Source: Paraspadella gotoi (lineage: Eukaryota; Animalia; Chaetognatha). From it: a stretch of 64,000 nucleotides of DNA. The notes below the pieces were generated by a model that was not told where the DNA came from, searched no databases, and saw only the letters and a program-made list of their open reading frames with translations. The stretch is from the NCBI GenBank assembly GCA_051294375.1, contig CM119269.1, positions 8,057,225 to 8,121,224 on the forward strand, in the 5' to 3' direction. This document shows, one piece after another, positions 1-30,527 of the stretch (its first letter is position 1; each line of letters starts with the position of its first letter). A program made the position numbers and the translations under genes.

Positions 1-220
1 TTTAATAAATAAAAAAAGAAGCAGAAATTGAGTTATTAAAAAGGCGACATAAATTCAACAATGTAATAAATGAAAAAGTAACTAAGACCGAAAATCTCGG
101 GCCTTCAGTTACGTTCCGACTACGAGTTACCATGACGACCGCGGCGACTTCCTGCGTCCGGACCAAAAGGAATTTAGGGCAAAAGCAGAAGGAAACAAAA
201 GTCGTGTCGTTTGGGGGACG

Positions 221-658
221 GAGAGAAGATGCCATTTGGAACCTGGGGCGGTCAAAGTGTAAGTTTTAGAGATAGGAGAGAAGATGCCATGTGGAACCCT
301 TGAAGGTCAAAGTGTAAGCTTTAGAGATGGGAGAGTAGATGCCATCTGTAACCAGGGGCGATCAAAGTGTAAGTTTTGAGATGGGAGATAAGATGCCATC
401 TGGAACCCGAGGTGGTCAAAGTGTAAGTTTTAGAGATAAGAGAGAAGATGCCATGTGAAACCCGGGAAGTTCAAAGTGTTAGTTTAGAGATGGGAGATAA
501 GATGCCATCTGGAACCCGAGGTGGACAAAGTGTAAGTTTTAGAGATAAGAGAGAAGATGCCATGTGGTTTGTGGAACCCGGAAAGGTCAAAGTGTTAGTT
601 TTAGAGATGGGACAGAAGTTGTTATCTAAAACCAGAGGCGATCAAAGTGAAAGTTTTT
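221..658. repeat. 55-bp minisatellite, ~8 copies
   Basis: Unit ~GAGAGAAGATGCCATCTGGAACCCGAGGTGGTCAAAGTGTAAGTTTTAGAGATG recurs at 221, 276, 331 and onward; alternate units are nearly identical (110-bp dimer). Confidence 0.9.
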
Positions 659-706
659 CTATCTGGAATATTTATTCTCATTTGATTTTTATTTTTATTT
701 TTCTAG

Positions 707-18128
<17,422 letters not shown>

Positions 18129-18631
18129 GTATAAAGAAGACGAAGAAATCAAAGGGAATCTGACGACGAGAAAATTTGGAAGACTTAAGTTATTGACCAA
18201 ATATTGACTGATGTCGTCGTTACCTCAAGGTTCATTTCATGTAACGTATTTCATTACTATTGTCTGTTATTTGGCGAAACATGACCCTTTTTCGAATGAT
18301 AAATTTATTTTGTGACATAAACGCGTTATTTTTAGTTTTGGTGTCATAACCAAATTATCAAGAACTTGTTTTTGTTCCCATAGTTAAAAGGGAAATTATG
18401 ACGAAGAGAAGAGAAAAGAAAAGGAAAAGAAAGAGCGAGAGAGAGAGAGAGAGCGAGAGAGAGAAAAAGAGATCGAGAGAGAGAGAAAGAATAAGAATTA
18501 AAGAAACGCAGTTTTTGGATCCTATTTGGTTATTTTAAATATATTAATATTAATATATATTAATCTTAAAAGAAAATGGTAAACTCTAAAAGAAAAAGTA
18601 GAAGAAGAAGAAGAAAAGAAGAAGAAGAAGA

Positions 18632-18721
<90 letters not shown>

Positions 18722-18917
18722 GAGAGAGAGTGATAGAGAGAAAGAACTAAGCTTTTGGATCCTATCCTATTAAAAATACCTCATTAAGTGGAAACATGTC
18801 CGAATTAAAAATTCTGTCGTTGTTGTAAATAAAGTAAATAATATATATAATAATATAAAGAAACTATACAATGCTTTCTTCGATATGTTTGTCTATTAAA
18901 CTTAAAGGGAGAGAGAG

Positions 18918-19000
<83 letters not shown>

Positions 19001-20104
19001 AAAGAGAGAGAGAGAGTTGTTCTTCTCACTGGCGACTAAGTCTTTATTTTTTCTTAAAATTATATACTAAAGTGAGAAAGTTTGACACGGTCGGTTTGCT
19101 CTTTAACCCGACGTGTTTTTCAAAATCAAAGGAACAAAGATTCGTTGACGTGGGAAAATAAAACACGTTTTCCGACGTCAATGCGAATGCATCGGTGATT
19201 CAGTATAGTACGTGTCTTTCTTATTCAAATATTTTATACATTGATTGCCTCATGTTTTCTAAATTAAGAAGAATCAGTTAGTCGCTTCAGGTTTTCTTTT
19301 ACAATATAAAATTGGTACAACCAATATAAAAATATGTGAATAAACAAGAACGTTTTCGATAAATCGGAACGGTCCATGAAGCGTCATGGTAGGTGGTGCG
19401 AGGTCATGGTAGGAAAGTGAACTCATTTCTTGGCGGATTTCTGAAATGAAACCGGATCTAAGGCCCATGGAATACAAACTATTTGATTTACTAAAATAAT
19501 GAGATGAGGATGCTGGTTCGTTGATCTGCAATCCATGAGAAAAAAAAGTGTTTTGGCTTTTTGGTTTGACGTGACATGCTACGGGGAGGAATGCCGAGTT
19601 AATTCTGAGAAATAGGAAATCTCAGAAATACTGTATGGGTTAGAAATGATTGCTATGATTTTAACATTTTTGATTAAAATCAAAAAAATATTTTATGTAA
19701 TATATAATATAAAATATTATTAAAATGCTTTACTTAAATTTAAAATAATTAATTTAAATAATTTTTTTAATATTTAGAATATTTGTTTTATACAACTAAA
19801 TATTTAATTAAAATAATATTTTTAGATGTCAAAAAAGTTTATAAAATATTAAACTATTTTATAAAAAAGTTAGGTACTCTTTGAATTAATAAACTAACCT
19901 GATAAAAATTTTAATTAAATGCTTACCATATAGCTTATCAAAATTTTTAAAAAATTTAAATAAATTAAAAAAAATTTTTAAGGAGCAGTTTTTTCATCCA
20001 CCACAGTAAAAAAAAGGAGCGGCCTCCTTTTCTTTCTTCTTCCTTTTTATTTTCGATCCTATTTCACCTGAGTTCGATCGAAGACTCAAGAGTCATTCAT
20101 CCGG

Positions 20105-20245
20105 ATTCAAATTCCATTCCATTTTGATTCAAATTCCATTCCATTTTGATTCAAATTCCATTCCATTTTGATTCAAATACATTCCATTTTGATTCAAATT
20201 CCATTCCAATTTGATTCAAATTCCATTCCTTTCCTATTTCAATTC
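20105..20245. repeat. 22-bp tandem repeat (ATTCAAATTCCATTCCATTTTG) x ~6
   Basis: Direct inspection; ends about 30 nt before the OAS-like ATG. Confidence 0.9.
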
Positions 20246-20276
20246 CATCCTATCTGCTTCTTTTCCATCTCCACAA

Positions 20277-22055
20277 ATGTGGGAATCCGTCTCCTCGGAC
20301 GTCTCAAGAGGCTCGTCCGCCTTCTCCTCTTCATCCTCTTACGATTCTGGCTTCGCTCAATGCATTGCCTCCGACGTCAAGTGTGAGATCTGCCTCCTCA
20401 CCAGCTCCACCAGCGGCTGCGATTGCACCTACTCCCTATGCTGGGTGTTGGAGATCATCGTCGGCTGCGTCGCCAGCATCCTGCTGATTTGCTGCATCGC
20501 CTGCTGTTGCTGCAGGAAGAAGACGATCAACCAGACGAACATTCACAACGGGAACCAGACGAGCGACTGCAGATGCTTAAGCTGCGCGGAGATGTGCTTC
20601 AGCGCCGGACGCGACATCAACCAGATCGCGTCGTCCATCGACGGAAGCGAACCTCCTTATCAGAGGATGGAGGAGCCGGCGTCCTTAAACGCCGGAGGTC
20701 CTTGGGGTCCTGGAAACGGCGCTCTCTTGGCGACGTCGATCGGGGTCGACGGCGGTTGGAAACCGATAGAAGGCGCCGCCGATCAGACGATCATTCTCGA
20801 CGCCTTGGCTTTGCAGTCTGTGCAGATGCAACCGGAGCAGATAGTCCAGCAGCAGCAGTCCCAGCCGGTGCAGGAAACGGCTAAGATGCTCGGAGCGGCA
20901 GCTCCAGCTATCGACGCCGCCGCAGCTGCCGCCGCCACCGTACCTGCAACCGCAAAGGCTCCCGCCATTCCGGACTCCCTCTCCGCCTGCCTAGGGTTCC
21001 CCAAGACGGAGAAGGAGATCAACAAAAGCCTGGCTGAGTCCATTCGTCCAACCGAAGACGAGAAAAAGAAAATCGGTCGCCTGATGGAGACGCTGCGCAT
21101 TTGCCTGACGAAGCACTCCAAGTCGGTCGTCGTTACCAGGTGAACCGGTTAAACAATCAATCTATCATTCAGTCAATCAGTTATCTCATTAAAAGTTAAG
21201 TTAATTTATCAATCAATCCATAAACCCCCTCCGCGCCGCAGAATCTGCAAGATCGGCTCCCAGGGCAAAGGGACGGCGATTCGCAGCGACGCTGACCTCG
21301 ACGTCGTCGTCTACGCGCAGAGCCTCGTCCTCGGCGCGGAATCCGTTCCCTTGGCGCCGCAAAACGTCTTCCGTCGTTTTCGCGAAGTCTTCGTCAAGGA
21401 GCTCATGTGGAGCTTCCAAGAATGTCGAGAATGCGAGGGCGGGTCTCGACGGGATTGCGTCTCCAAAGCGCCTTTCGGTTTTTCCGCCAAAGTCGAGGGC
21501 GTGGGGATCGACGTGGGCGTGGCTTACGATCTTCTCGCCGAATGCTCTGTCGACGGCGTCGTCTCTTGGGCCGATCTAGTCGAACGTCTCCACGGGTCAG
21601 AGTTCAACGCCTCCCTGGCCGAACTGCAGAAGCGGTTCGTCCGCGACCGGCTCAACGAATGCGACCGCCTCAAGGATCTGTCGTTGCTCGTCAAGTTTTG
21701 GTATAAGCGCGTCGTCCGTCCGCGCTATGGCGGCGCTCGAGCTCCGTCTTACTTCTTCGAACTCGTCTGTCTGCATCACTGGGAGAAGGGGCTGAACCGG
21801 TCCAAGGGATTCAGGCTCGTGGCGGGTCTGCGCGGAGTGTTGGAGGCGTTGAAGCAACCGAAAGGACTCAACATCTTCTGGACGGTCAATTACTCCAAGG
21901 AAGAGGTTCGATCGGAGACTCTCATCGACTTTCCGCTCGTCCTCGATCCGGCAAACCCCACAAACAACTTGGCCAAGTTCGAAGACCCAAGGGTGTGGGC
22001 GAGCATCTCCGCCGCGGCAGCCGATGCTTTGGAGGAAGAGATCTTTAAAGGGTGA
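20277..22055 (+). CDS. 2'-5'-oligoadenylate synthetase-like nucleotidyltransferase with N-terminal transmembrane/Cys-rich extension, ~558 aa
   Basis: Exons 20277-21139 and 21242-22055 (GT-AG, phase 2, 1677 nt). OAS motifs in order: INKSLAESIRP helix, KIGSQGKGTAIRSDADLDVVV (P-loop + DxD), GIDVGVAYD (third Asp), SLAELQKRFV, LKDLSLLVKFWYK, PSYFFELVCLHHWE, IFWTVNY, PLVLDPANPTNNL. Hydrophobic run WVLEIIVGCVASILLICCIACCCC followed by RKK. True start codon uncertain. Confidence 0.88.
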
Positions 22056-23239
22056 CGTGGAAACAGTTTCAAGTTCGAATTGAAGAGAAAAAAAATTTAG
22101 AATCTTTGAAAAATGTAAATAAATCTGAAACTTAAATATTTTATTTTTATATATATACGGATTTGGGAATGAAATGAAAAGAATTGTTATAACTCTTAAC
22201 TGAATGAATGTGATTAATATTTGTTCATTTCTTTAGTTAGAAAATTCCGTGACGTTTATGTTCCTATAAAGCAACTGGTGCGCTTGCCTTCCAGCAGCTT
22301 TTTTTGCAACATTTTTCCCCTCTTATTTGATAATTCAATTTTAAACTCATTGTGAAAAAAATTGAGACGAAAGTTTTAATTTATTTTACATTTATAGTTA
22401 GTATAATGTCTCAGGAGCATGCCAAAAAATTTTCATTAATATATTTCTAGGTTTAGTTAGGCAACAGGCTCTTGCAAGATCATTGTTCTTTTCCAATTAT
22501 TTTTCAAAGCAGAAATTTTCATTTTCTATAAGTTTTAACAAGAAAACCTATAAAATGAAAATGGCTGTCATTGGAATTTTGCTCAGACATCTACTCCAAT
22601 GTCTATATTTGTAAGATGACATTTCACTTTTTTTTCATAAAATTATATCTAATAACAGGAAATTCGACCATGTCATTGATGAGCCCATAACTAAGAAACT
22701 AAGTAAGCTGGCCTACTGGGAGTTGGAAAATAAAAAACGTCAGCGATTTTTCTACCAGCGTGCAAAATCTGAAGTTGCTATAAAAAATTATTTAGCCACA
22801 GTATTTGATCCTTTAATTTCACTCCCATTTGAAATCTGTATGCGTAAAATTGGGAATAATGTGGGTTTTTTTTTACTTTTGGTTGAAATTACATGTCATA
22901 GCACTTGCCTTAATCGTGCAGTCAATTTAAGAATGTTGCATTAACAAATGTATAAACTTGTTTGGATTCATCCTCAACTGTAAATAATGTAGTACCGGAT
23001 AATATAGCTTAATCTTTGTAGTACATATCAGTTTCACGTATGTAGTTTAAATTTTTACTTTTTTTATTTAATCTTTGTGATTAATGCTGGCGAATGAAAA
23101 TATATCAAACTGGAAGAAAGATGTACAAATCATTTTTCTGGTCAAAACTTACTAGATACTTTCTTCAGAAAATTAAAATTTACATCAACATAGGATGGAA
23201 ATATTTACGGTCGTAGCGGCGCACGGTCGTGACGGTAGG

Positions 23240-23460
23240 GGGAGAAAAGTGGCTCGACGTCCGACGGCCGTGAAATCGATATCTGCGTCTTACTTTGCCC
23301 AGTTTCTCGAGAGAAAGAACGCGACGACGATTATGAAGACGATGAAGAAACGTGAACTCGGGATATCCCGATTATTTTTTATTGAAAGAATAGTTTAACT
23401 TTAAGAATCAGGGGCAGTTGCCTCCGACGTCGTACGGTTTTAGGACAGTTTGTTTATATA
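23240..23460. repeat. Interspersed repeat family C, copy 1
   Basis: GGCTCGACGTCCGACGGCCGTGAA...TCGAGAGAAAGAAC...AACTCGGGA...CAGTTGCCTC recurs at ~33409-33600. Confidence 0.7.
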
Positions 23461-24099
23461 TTGGACTTTTTTATGATTTATGGATTAACTATCGGCCAGA
23501 TTATGAACCGTTTTAAACCTTCACTTTGAAACAACGATCGTCGCGATCTTGAAAGTCAGCTAGAAAGTTAATTAAGTTTTTCAGCAGTGTCAAGTTTTGT
23601 AATACCGAAATATTGCGACGGAGATCAGATGATTAGAGAGAACTAACCTTGGACTATGATGCATAATAAAAGAGTAATTATCTGATTAATATGTATCTAT
23701 TTAAACTTCATACATTTCCAGAATAAAAAATAAACTTGTCACGAGTTTATATTTTCAAAATTACATAGACTTCGAAAAAGTAAAAAAGATTTTTTTTTTT
23801 ACAAACAATTCCAAAAAGATTAAATTACCTACAACTAAGTATGAATTCAAATAAATTTACGTACAACACAAAAACTTCAACATTACAGCATTAACAAAAG
23901 AAGAAAAACAATTTTTTTTGGTTACAAAGCCTTTTTCGGTTTGTACTTTACAAGACTGGATCCCAAATGAAGCAAAAGTCCATCTAAACTTCTAAGAAAA
24001 TAACGATAACAATATAATACTCGTAGGTTCAACGATATCTACTTCCTCATCGATCGTTATCCATCATTTTCTGACATCTAACCCCCAACTTTTGCAGTT

Positions 24100-27000
24100 C
24101 TATATCTCGTCGTCCCATTCCAATCCCCTGGAGGCTTCATCGGCTTCATCGGCTCCATCGCTCGTCAGAGATCGACTGCGGTCGGTCAAGAACACGTCGT
24201 TATCGTCGTCTTCGTCGTCGTCGCCGACTGAGATTTCGTCGATGATTTCGTCGTCTTCTTCGAATCCGTCGTCGTCGTCTTCGTTGTCGTCGTCGTCGTT
24301 ATAATCTTCGTGGAAGACGATGCGTCCTTCGTCCAGATCGATGACAGCATCCTGAGGAAAGGAAAATGTCGACTGTAAGAGTCTTCATTGGAATTGCTAT
24401 GTTATTATGTTGGCCTTATTGGCCTCATTGAATGATTAGATATTTTTTATATTAGTTGTACCGATTTCATACCCACTGAACCACCAGCCCTACCACCCGA
24501 TTCACTAACCACCCAAACCACCACCTTTAGCGGATTGACGAAGAGATTCAACTCCATCTTCTCTTCTCGATCGAGATTCTCCGCATCGACGACGTGAATC
24601 AAGGATCGAGCATTGCTCAACGAGGTCGTCGACTGCTTCAACGCCTTCCCCGAGGGTCGGTCCGTCAATCGGCCGACGCAGTACCTCAAATAGGGCATAA
24701 GGGCGGCGGCGATCAAGGCGACGATGAAGATGCAACAAACGATCATCATGACGTAGCGATATATTGTGTACGGCGGCAAGTAGTCAAGGTTGTGAAGGCT
24801 AACATCGTCCTCAACTGGCTCGTCGCTCGTCAATCTTTCCTCGATAATCTTGAGCTCGATCTCGACATCCGGCGTCTCCACCTTCTCGCCGTCGCCGCAA
24901 GTCGCCGTCGCAGTGACGATCAACTTGCGTATCGGATCCGCGGAATCGCCCCTCGTCCGGAAGAAGGCGACTTTGCGAAGGACGGAGTTGAATTTCTCCA
25001 GAGTCGTCGATCTGATGGAGAGAGACGAGTTCTCGTTGAAGTAGACGGCGCTGCGGTTCTTGCTGTCGTCGTCCCTCCATTCGAATCCTACTCCTTCGGC
25101 GCAAGTGTAGAGGCACGTCAACGTCCCGCCCAACAGATTTCCGTTCATCACTTTCATTCCCGCCAATTCGCCCCGGAAGTGACGCGTCATGACGCCATCG
25201 GCGCCGCGCCAACAAGCGCCGACCACGGTGCGAATGTCGACGACCGGCGCCGCGTGCAGCGCCCAGTCGTCGACGATTTCGGGACGAGAGGTCCAGTAGG
25301 TGGAGCCGTCGAGGTAGAGAAGGACGTTGGGGTAAGATATTATGAAAGAGTAGTGATGCCATCTGGAAGTTATGGGGTTGGAGAAAAGAATGGCGATTAT
25401 GGAATCTGATGTAGTTTGCGAAATCATTTGGTATTTTGGTAATGTAATTTGGTTTCTGAGTAATTAAATACTTATATACTTACGTATATGGTTATCTCGG
25501 ATTTAAATAAGTCCTATTTATATTCTTGTTTTTACACTTATACGTGTCCGCCTAAAACTAACATTTTAAGTTGTTCAATCTTATTTATAATTTGAAGTTT
25601 GGTTTATATGTCATTCAGTTATGATGCATAAGTATTATTTTTCCACGCATTATACGTATATTATTTATTAGAGAAATCACCTGCCGTCATCCAACTTGGG
25701 CAAACGCCAGCGCCACTCGGTCGGCATCATCTTATGACTGTGCCGCTGATCAGGAGAGTGTCGCAACAGCAGGTGCATCTTTCCGCGGGTGAGGAATATG
25801 GAAAGGTGAGGTCGATTGGAGAGAACGTAGTCGGAGAGACAGAGGATCTCCTCCTAGGGTAAGGAAAGGATGCAGTTAAATATTAAATGTAATTAAAATA
25901 TAATAAATCAACAAATCAATCTATAGATTAATAAAATCGAATAATAATAATTTTAATAAATAGATAAAAAATAATCAAAGAAAAAAATAGATAAGAGAAT
26001 AAATAAATAGGGGAATAAATAAGTAAATAAATAAATTAATAAATTAATAAGTAGATAAGTAAATATATAAAGCAATCAATCAGTCTATCACCTTGACCCC
26101 CAATTCGTTTTCTTTGTGACGCATGAAAAACACAATAGTTTTTTCGAATTTTCCGGCGACGACCGGCGTCTTAAGGGAAGCGGCGGAAACGATGATGGGG
26201 TCGTTCGGCGTAGAAAAGCGCTGCGCGTCTCCGACAAAGACGCCCGTCCACGGCAGAGGGCGCGCGGAGCAGGCGAGCTCCCTCGCCGCCGCCGCCAGCG
26301 GTGACGGCGGGGAGCAGTTAGTCCCAGCTCCGCCGGCGAGCCCGACAACGCCGTACACTTCCTCAACCTTGCAGCGCCCTCCCAATTCGAGACGCGCCTC
26401 GTCGCCGAAAATATGACGCGGCCTCGGTCCCACGAGAAAGTGAATCGCGCGGTCGACGCCGAGGAAGTTGGCGCTACGAGCGGAGACTCGGACGACGACG
26501 GTGACGGGAAATCCGCGCCGACCGCCGCAGTCTTCGGCGACGACGCCGAAAGTGACGTTGGGCGACGCCGTGTCGAGATCGAGCGGCGTGGTGATGGAAA
26601 GGACGCCGGTTGAGTCGATGGTGAAAGGCGGCGTCGGTGGTTGGATGGAATAAGAGCAGACGTCACCGAAACCAGAGGCGCAATCTTCGTCTTCAGCTTG
26701 GAGCTGTGGAAACGTGGGATGGAAAAGGAGAAGGAGGAATACGGTGAGGGATGGCGGAGTGGTAGAGCGTGGCAGAGTGACAATGGGAGAGTGGCAGAGA
26801 GGCATTGTGGCAAAGAGTCACTAAGTTAAAGTTACAGCGTAGCATTGTGGCATTGAGTCAAAATGGTTGAGTGGCAGAGTTAAATAATACATACTACATA
26901 AAAAATAATTAAACATGGCTGCCTTCATTAGCAAGTTTAATGCGAAAAAAGCTTTTTGATAATAAAAAAAAAATTATGAGACGAATAAACAAAAACGAAT

Positions 27001-28765
27001 CCAAATCTATACGCAACCAAATAAAAACCTGAATGATTCTTTCATTGATTTTTCCCTCATCGATTTCCACGACGACAGAATTTTCTGGAAATTCCGGCGC
27101 GTAACGGTTCTCGTCCTTGACGTCCACGTGAATCACGCCCCTAGCGGAGAAAGAAAAAAAGATGTTTAGTCATTTTCTTATTTTTTTTTCCTATAATTTA
27201 TTGATTTGCGTATATTTATACATTTTCATTTTTAGATCACAAACAGAGGGAAGAAATTTGATCACATGAGTTGTAACTTTTTTTAGTTTTATATTTTACT
27301 CTTATAAAGTACAGCATTGTTTTTTTTTCGTCCATATTCAAATTTTCTCGACGGATGACCGAAAAAACTGTTTAATCTTCGCTCACCCACCCATCTACCT
27401 AGGTTTTCATTTTCGCATCTAACTTCTGTTTTTACATCATTTCCTTTCAATACTTAACTTTCTTCTCTACCTTTTTTCCCTTCCTTTCATTCATTTCTTC
27501 CTTTCCTTTCTTTCCCTTTCATCCTTTCCTTTCTTTCCCTTTCTTCCTTTCTTCCAATCCATAACTCACTTGATCCCGTATCCCGAATCGCATGCCAGCG
27601 CCGCCACGTGAAGAGTCCAGCGTCGGCGGTGTCGGCAGCCGAGATGCCGACGTAGAAAGAGCTCGCCGACGCTGGGATCCTGCGTCGACGGGCGGATGGC
27701 GAAGGAGGGCGAAGCCTCGGAGTCTTCGGGATGGAGGGAGAGAATTTCGAACCCGCAGATTCCTGGGGGGGGGGATGAATAGGAGGGGGTTTGGGGAGAG
27801 AGGAGGGGGGAGAAGGGGGGAAGCCGGGGAGAGGGGTGGGAAGGAATGGGTAGCGAATAGAAGACAAATGTATTGGGTAACTAAGAAATCATTTTTTCTG
27901 CTCGAGTCGTATTCATTTTCGTACTTAACCACTAACAAGGTGGACTTTTTTTGTAACCGAGGGATTGCCTTACGCCTCTGACAACCCGGGCGCAGGGTTT
28001 CTCACCAACTGTCACAGGGGGACACGGGCTGCGGAACCCAAGTAACCGCCTCCTGTCACTGGCAAATTAATTTCTTATATCAAATATTTTGTTTTATTAT
28101 TTTCACATCACTCTACTAGTCAGCCATTTAAAATGTTTACGAATTAAATGACATTAAGTGGGACTGTTTGAGAAGCCATAGGCGAGGGAGGTCGTACAGG
28201 ATGGTTTGAGGGACTGCGGACCCTTAGGCTGAGTAGTCTTTTCTAATCGTTGCATTGGCTGAGTAAAGCCAGTTCCGTCAGGAATTAAGCATGGGACACG
28301 CGCGGGAGACCACTTAACCATTAGCCGGTGATTCTACATAACCTTCGCTATATTATTACTTATTATTTTATTTATTATTACTTTGTACAATCGAGTCTTA
28401 GTATGTACTTGTTTTGAACTTCGTAACACTAAATTTTTTTTTAAACAGTCAGTTTAAAACTCAACAACAACAACAAACTCAACAACAACGGCCCCAAACT
28501 TACCCTGCGGCGCCACTGCGATTATCGTCGGTGTCAAATCGACCTTCCTCTCGGCCGGCGCTCCTTCGTCGTCGGAGTCGATCGAAACGACGCCGTGAAA
28601 GACGCCGTCGCCCGCTGTGTCGACGCCGGGAACTGCCTTGGACGATGTCGCCCACATTGGCAGCGCCGTCAGCACGTCGGCGAGGAGGCCCGAACGCGGA
28701 GACTCCGCCGTCGCCGTCGCCGAAACCAACGCGGCGATCACGAGCCACTGGACTCTAACATCCAT
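24100..28765 (-). CDS. CLSTN: Calsyntenin (cadherin + LamG + TM + acidic tail), 7 exons, 813 aa
   Basis: Exons 28765-28504, 27762-27570, 27140-27029, 26703-26092, 25853-25681, 25362-24525, 24351-24100 sum to 2442 nt. Signal peptide, ICGFEI, DENRYAPEF, AEDEDC...VCSYSI, AEDCG, EEILCLSD..SNRPH, EWRW, WHHY, DDWALH, VGACWRG, TM (VMMIVCCIFIVALIAAAL), LFVNPL, acidic tract, LEWDDEI*. Confidence 0.9.
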
Positions 28766-30385
28766 GGCAACCGTAAACACTTTCCTTGTTTGGTCTTTCG
28801 TTGATTGTTTAAATTCGTTCTATGTAAATAAATCCACTGGAAATTAACGCAAATGAATGCAAAATTAATGGGAAAAAAATAATCGCATAAAATCGGAGTC
28901 GGTAGGTTTCGGTTTTTCGAGAGATTGAAAGATGGTTGCTTCGGCTATGCGATCGAAAATCGAAATGGTGAGGCAGAGAGAGAGAGAGAGAAGCTTAGAT
29001 TTTCCTCACCCTGATTCTCCTCCGCGTGCATTATCTCTCTTCTCTCGCTCTCTCTCTCTTCTCTCGCTCTCTCGCTCTCTGTCGCTCTCTCGCTCTCTCT
29101 GGCTCTCCACCCACGAAACAGCCGTTAACGACGACGACGACGACGACGACGACGATAAACGTTTCTTTGTGTTCGATTTTGACCCAAATAAGAAAGCAGC
29201 TTATGGTTCGCGCTGCTGAGGCTGTGCCCTACGGCTGATGCGGCGGCCCTGCTGCGGTGACGACGGTCACGACGGCAGCGTTCGAGCCGGTACCGCGATT
29301 CTGTGAGGTTGGAACGGCTTTTAGGTTTTTCACGGTCACCACGCTGCTCTTCGTGAGCGTGATCGGTCGCTTTCTTTTTCACCACGGACTGTTCTTCACA
29401 GTCGTAAATTTCTTTGCTGATTACTCCTTCACAACTTACAACTTATAAGTTGATATTTACTTAACAATTCCGCTTTTTTTTTCTTAATCATGTATCATTT
29501 CATTGTCTTCCAATAGGTCATTTAAAATTGATAGTAATACCTTACACTTTTCTAGCATTTCCATCCTCCCACCATTTTCACCCACGCCACCCACCACTAT
29601 CCGTCAACCCCTGACCGACTTAATCCTCCTCCTCCTCTTCCTCCTCCTCTCATCTTCCTCTTTCTCCTTCGTCCGCCTACGATTCCCTTGATTTTTATCC
29701 TTTTGTTTTCTTCTTTCGTTTTCCCCCTTTGGTTTTTTAGCATTGTTTTCTTTCTTTCTTTTGTTTTTCCTGTTCCTTTACTCCCCCCCTATTTTTCAAA
29801 CGGCCTTCCCGTTTTTACCCTTAATCTCCACAAAACTGGAAAAAAACTTGTGGTCATTTTGAGGTGACCGCATTTGATTGATTTATTCACGAATTAATTC
29901 TTACAGTTATGAATTGAATTTAAAAGACAGAATAATTATTACGAATTAATTATTAAACCGTATGTACTGAGCTTCGTATAAGGCGATAGCATCATTCTAA
30001 AGCGCCATTTTTTATTTAAGTGATTAGCTGCTACCGGTAATAATAATAAACCATTACATATACATTACAAGTTAAGAAAGAAATAAAAATGATAAGACAA
30101 AAAAAAAAGAAAGAGAGCGAGAAAAAAAGAGCACGCGCTAAAGTGACAAAAAAGGAACGTGCTTTAACACGATTTAGGAAAAATTTAGTCTAAATCTGAA
30201 TTCTATTTCTTGAACAATTTAAGGTAATATAAAAATCAATTCTCTCTTTCGAATTTAATCTCTTTGTGATCATATTAAATCGATCAATCAATCAAGTTGG
30301 CTTGTATGTAGTAGATCATTTCATATGAGATTCAGTTCTTTAATCTCATTTACATATATCTCACAATTTTAAATTATATCTCCAA

Positions 30386-30527
30386 GCAGTTAAGAGGGAC
30401 GGGGCGCTTAATCCGCCTGTAACATGGTGTTACAGCCTGATCCGAAGCTCAGGGACTGCTTAATAAGCGCTTACTTATATTGAACGGTTCTGTCATTAAC
30501 GCTTATCAATAATTACTGTCTCTTCAG
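30386..30527 (+). mobile_element. Partial inverted copy of repeat family A
   Basis: Reverse complement of the 8951-9085 segment. Confidence 0.75.

Noticed and set aside
221-658. CRISPR-like array
   Set aside because: Units are contiguous and similar along their whole length with no unique spacers; eukaryotic context and no cas genes.
21242-22055. cGAS/Mab21-type cGLR or horizontally acquired bacterial CD-NTase
   Set aside because: C-terminal motifs (LVKFWYK, PSYFFEL, LDPANPTNNL) are OAS-type, and the gene has a spliceosomal intron and host-like composition; a phylogeny would be needed to exclude this fully.
24594-25409. Long antisense and alternative-frame ORFs over calsyntenin, OAS and the Glu-rich gene
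   Set aside because: Shadow ORFs caused by GC-rich, stop-poor exons.
27940-28335. Possible structured RNA or retroelement remnant in calsyntenin intron 1
   Set aside because: GC-rich with an A-box-like stretch, but I could not fold or assign it and it has no clear second copy in the window.
29125-29448. GC-rich ORFs upstream of calsyntenin
   Set aside because: No recognisable domain or convincing splice frame.
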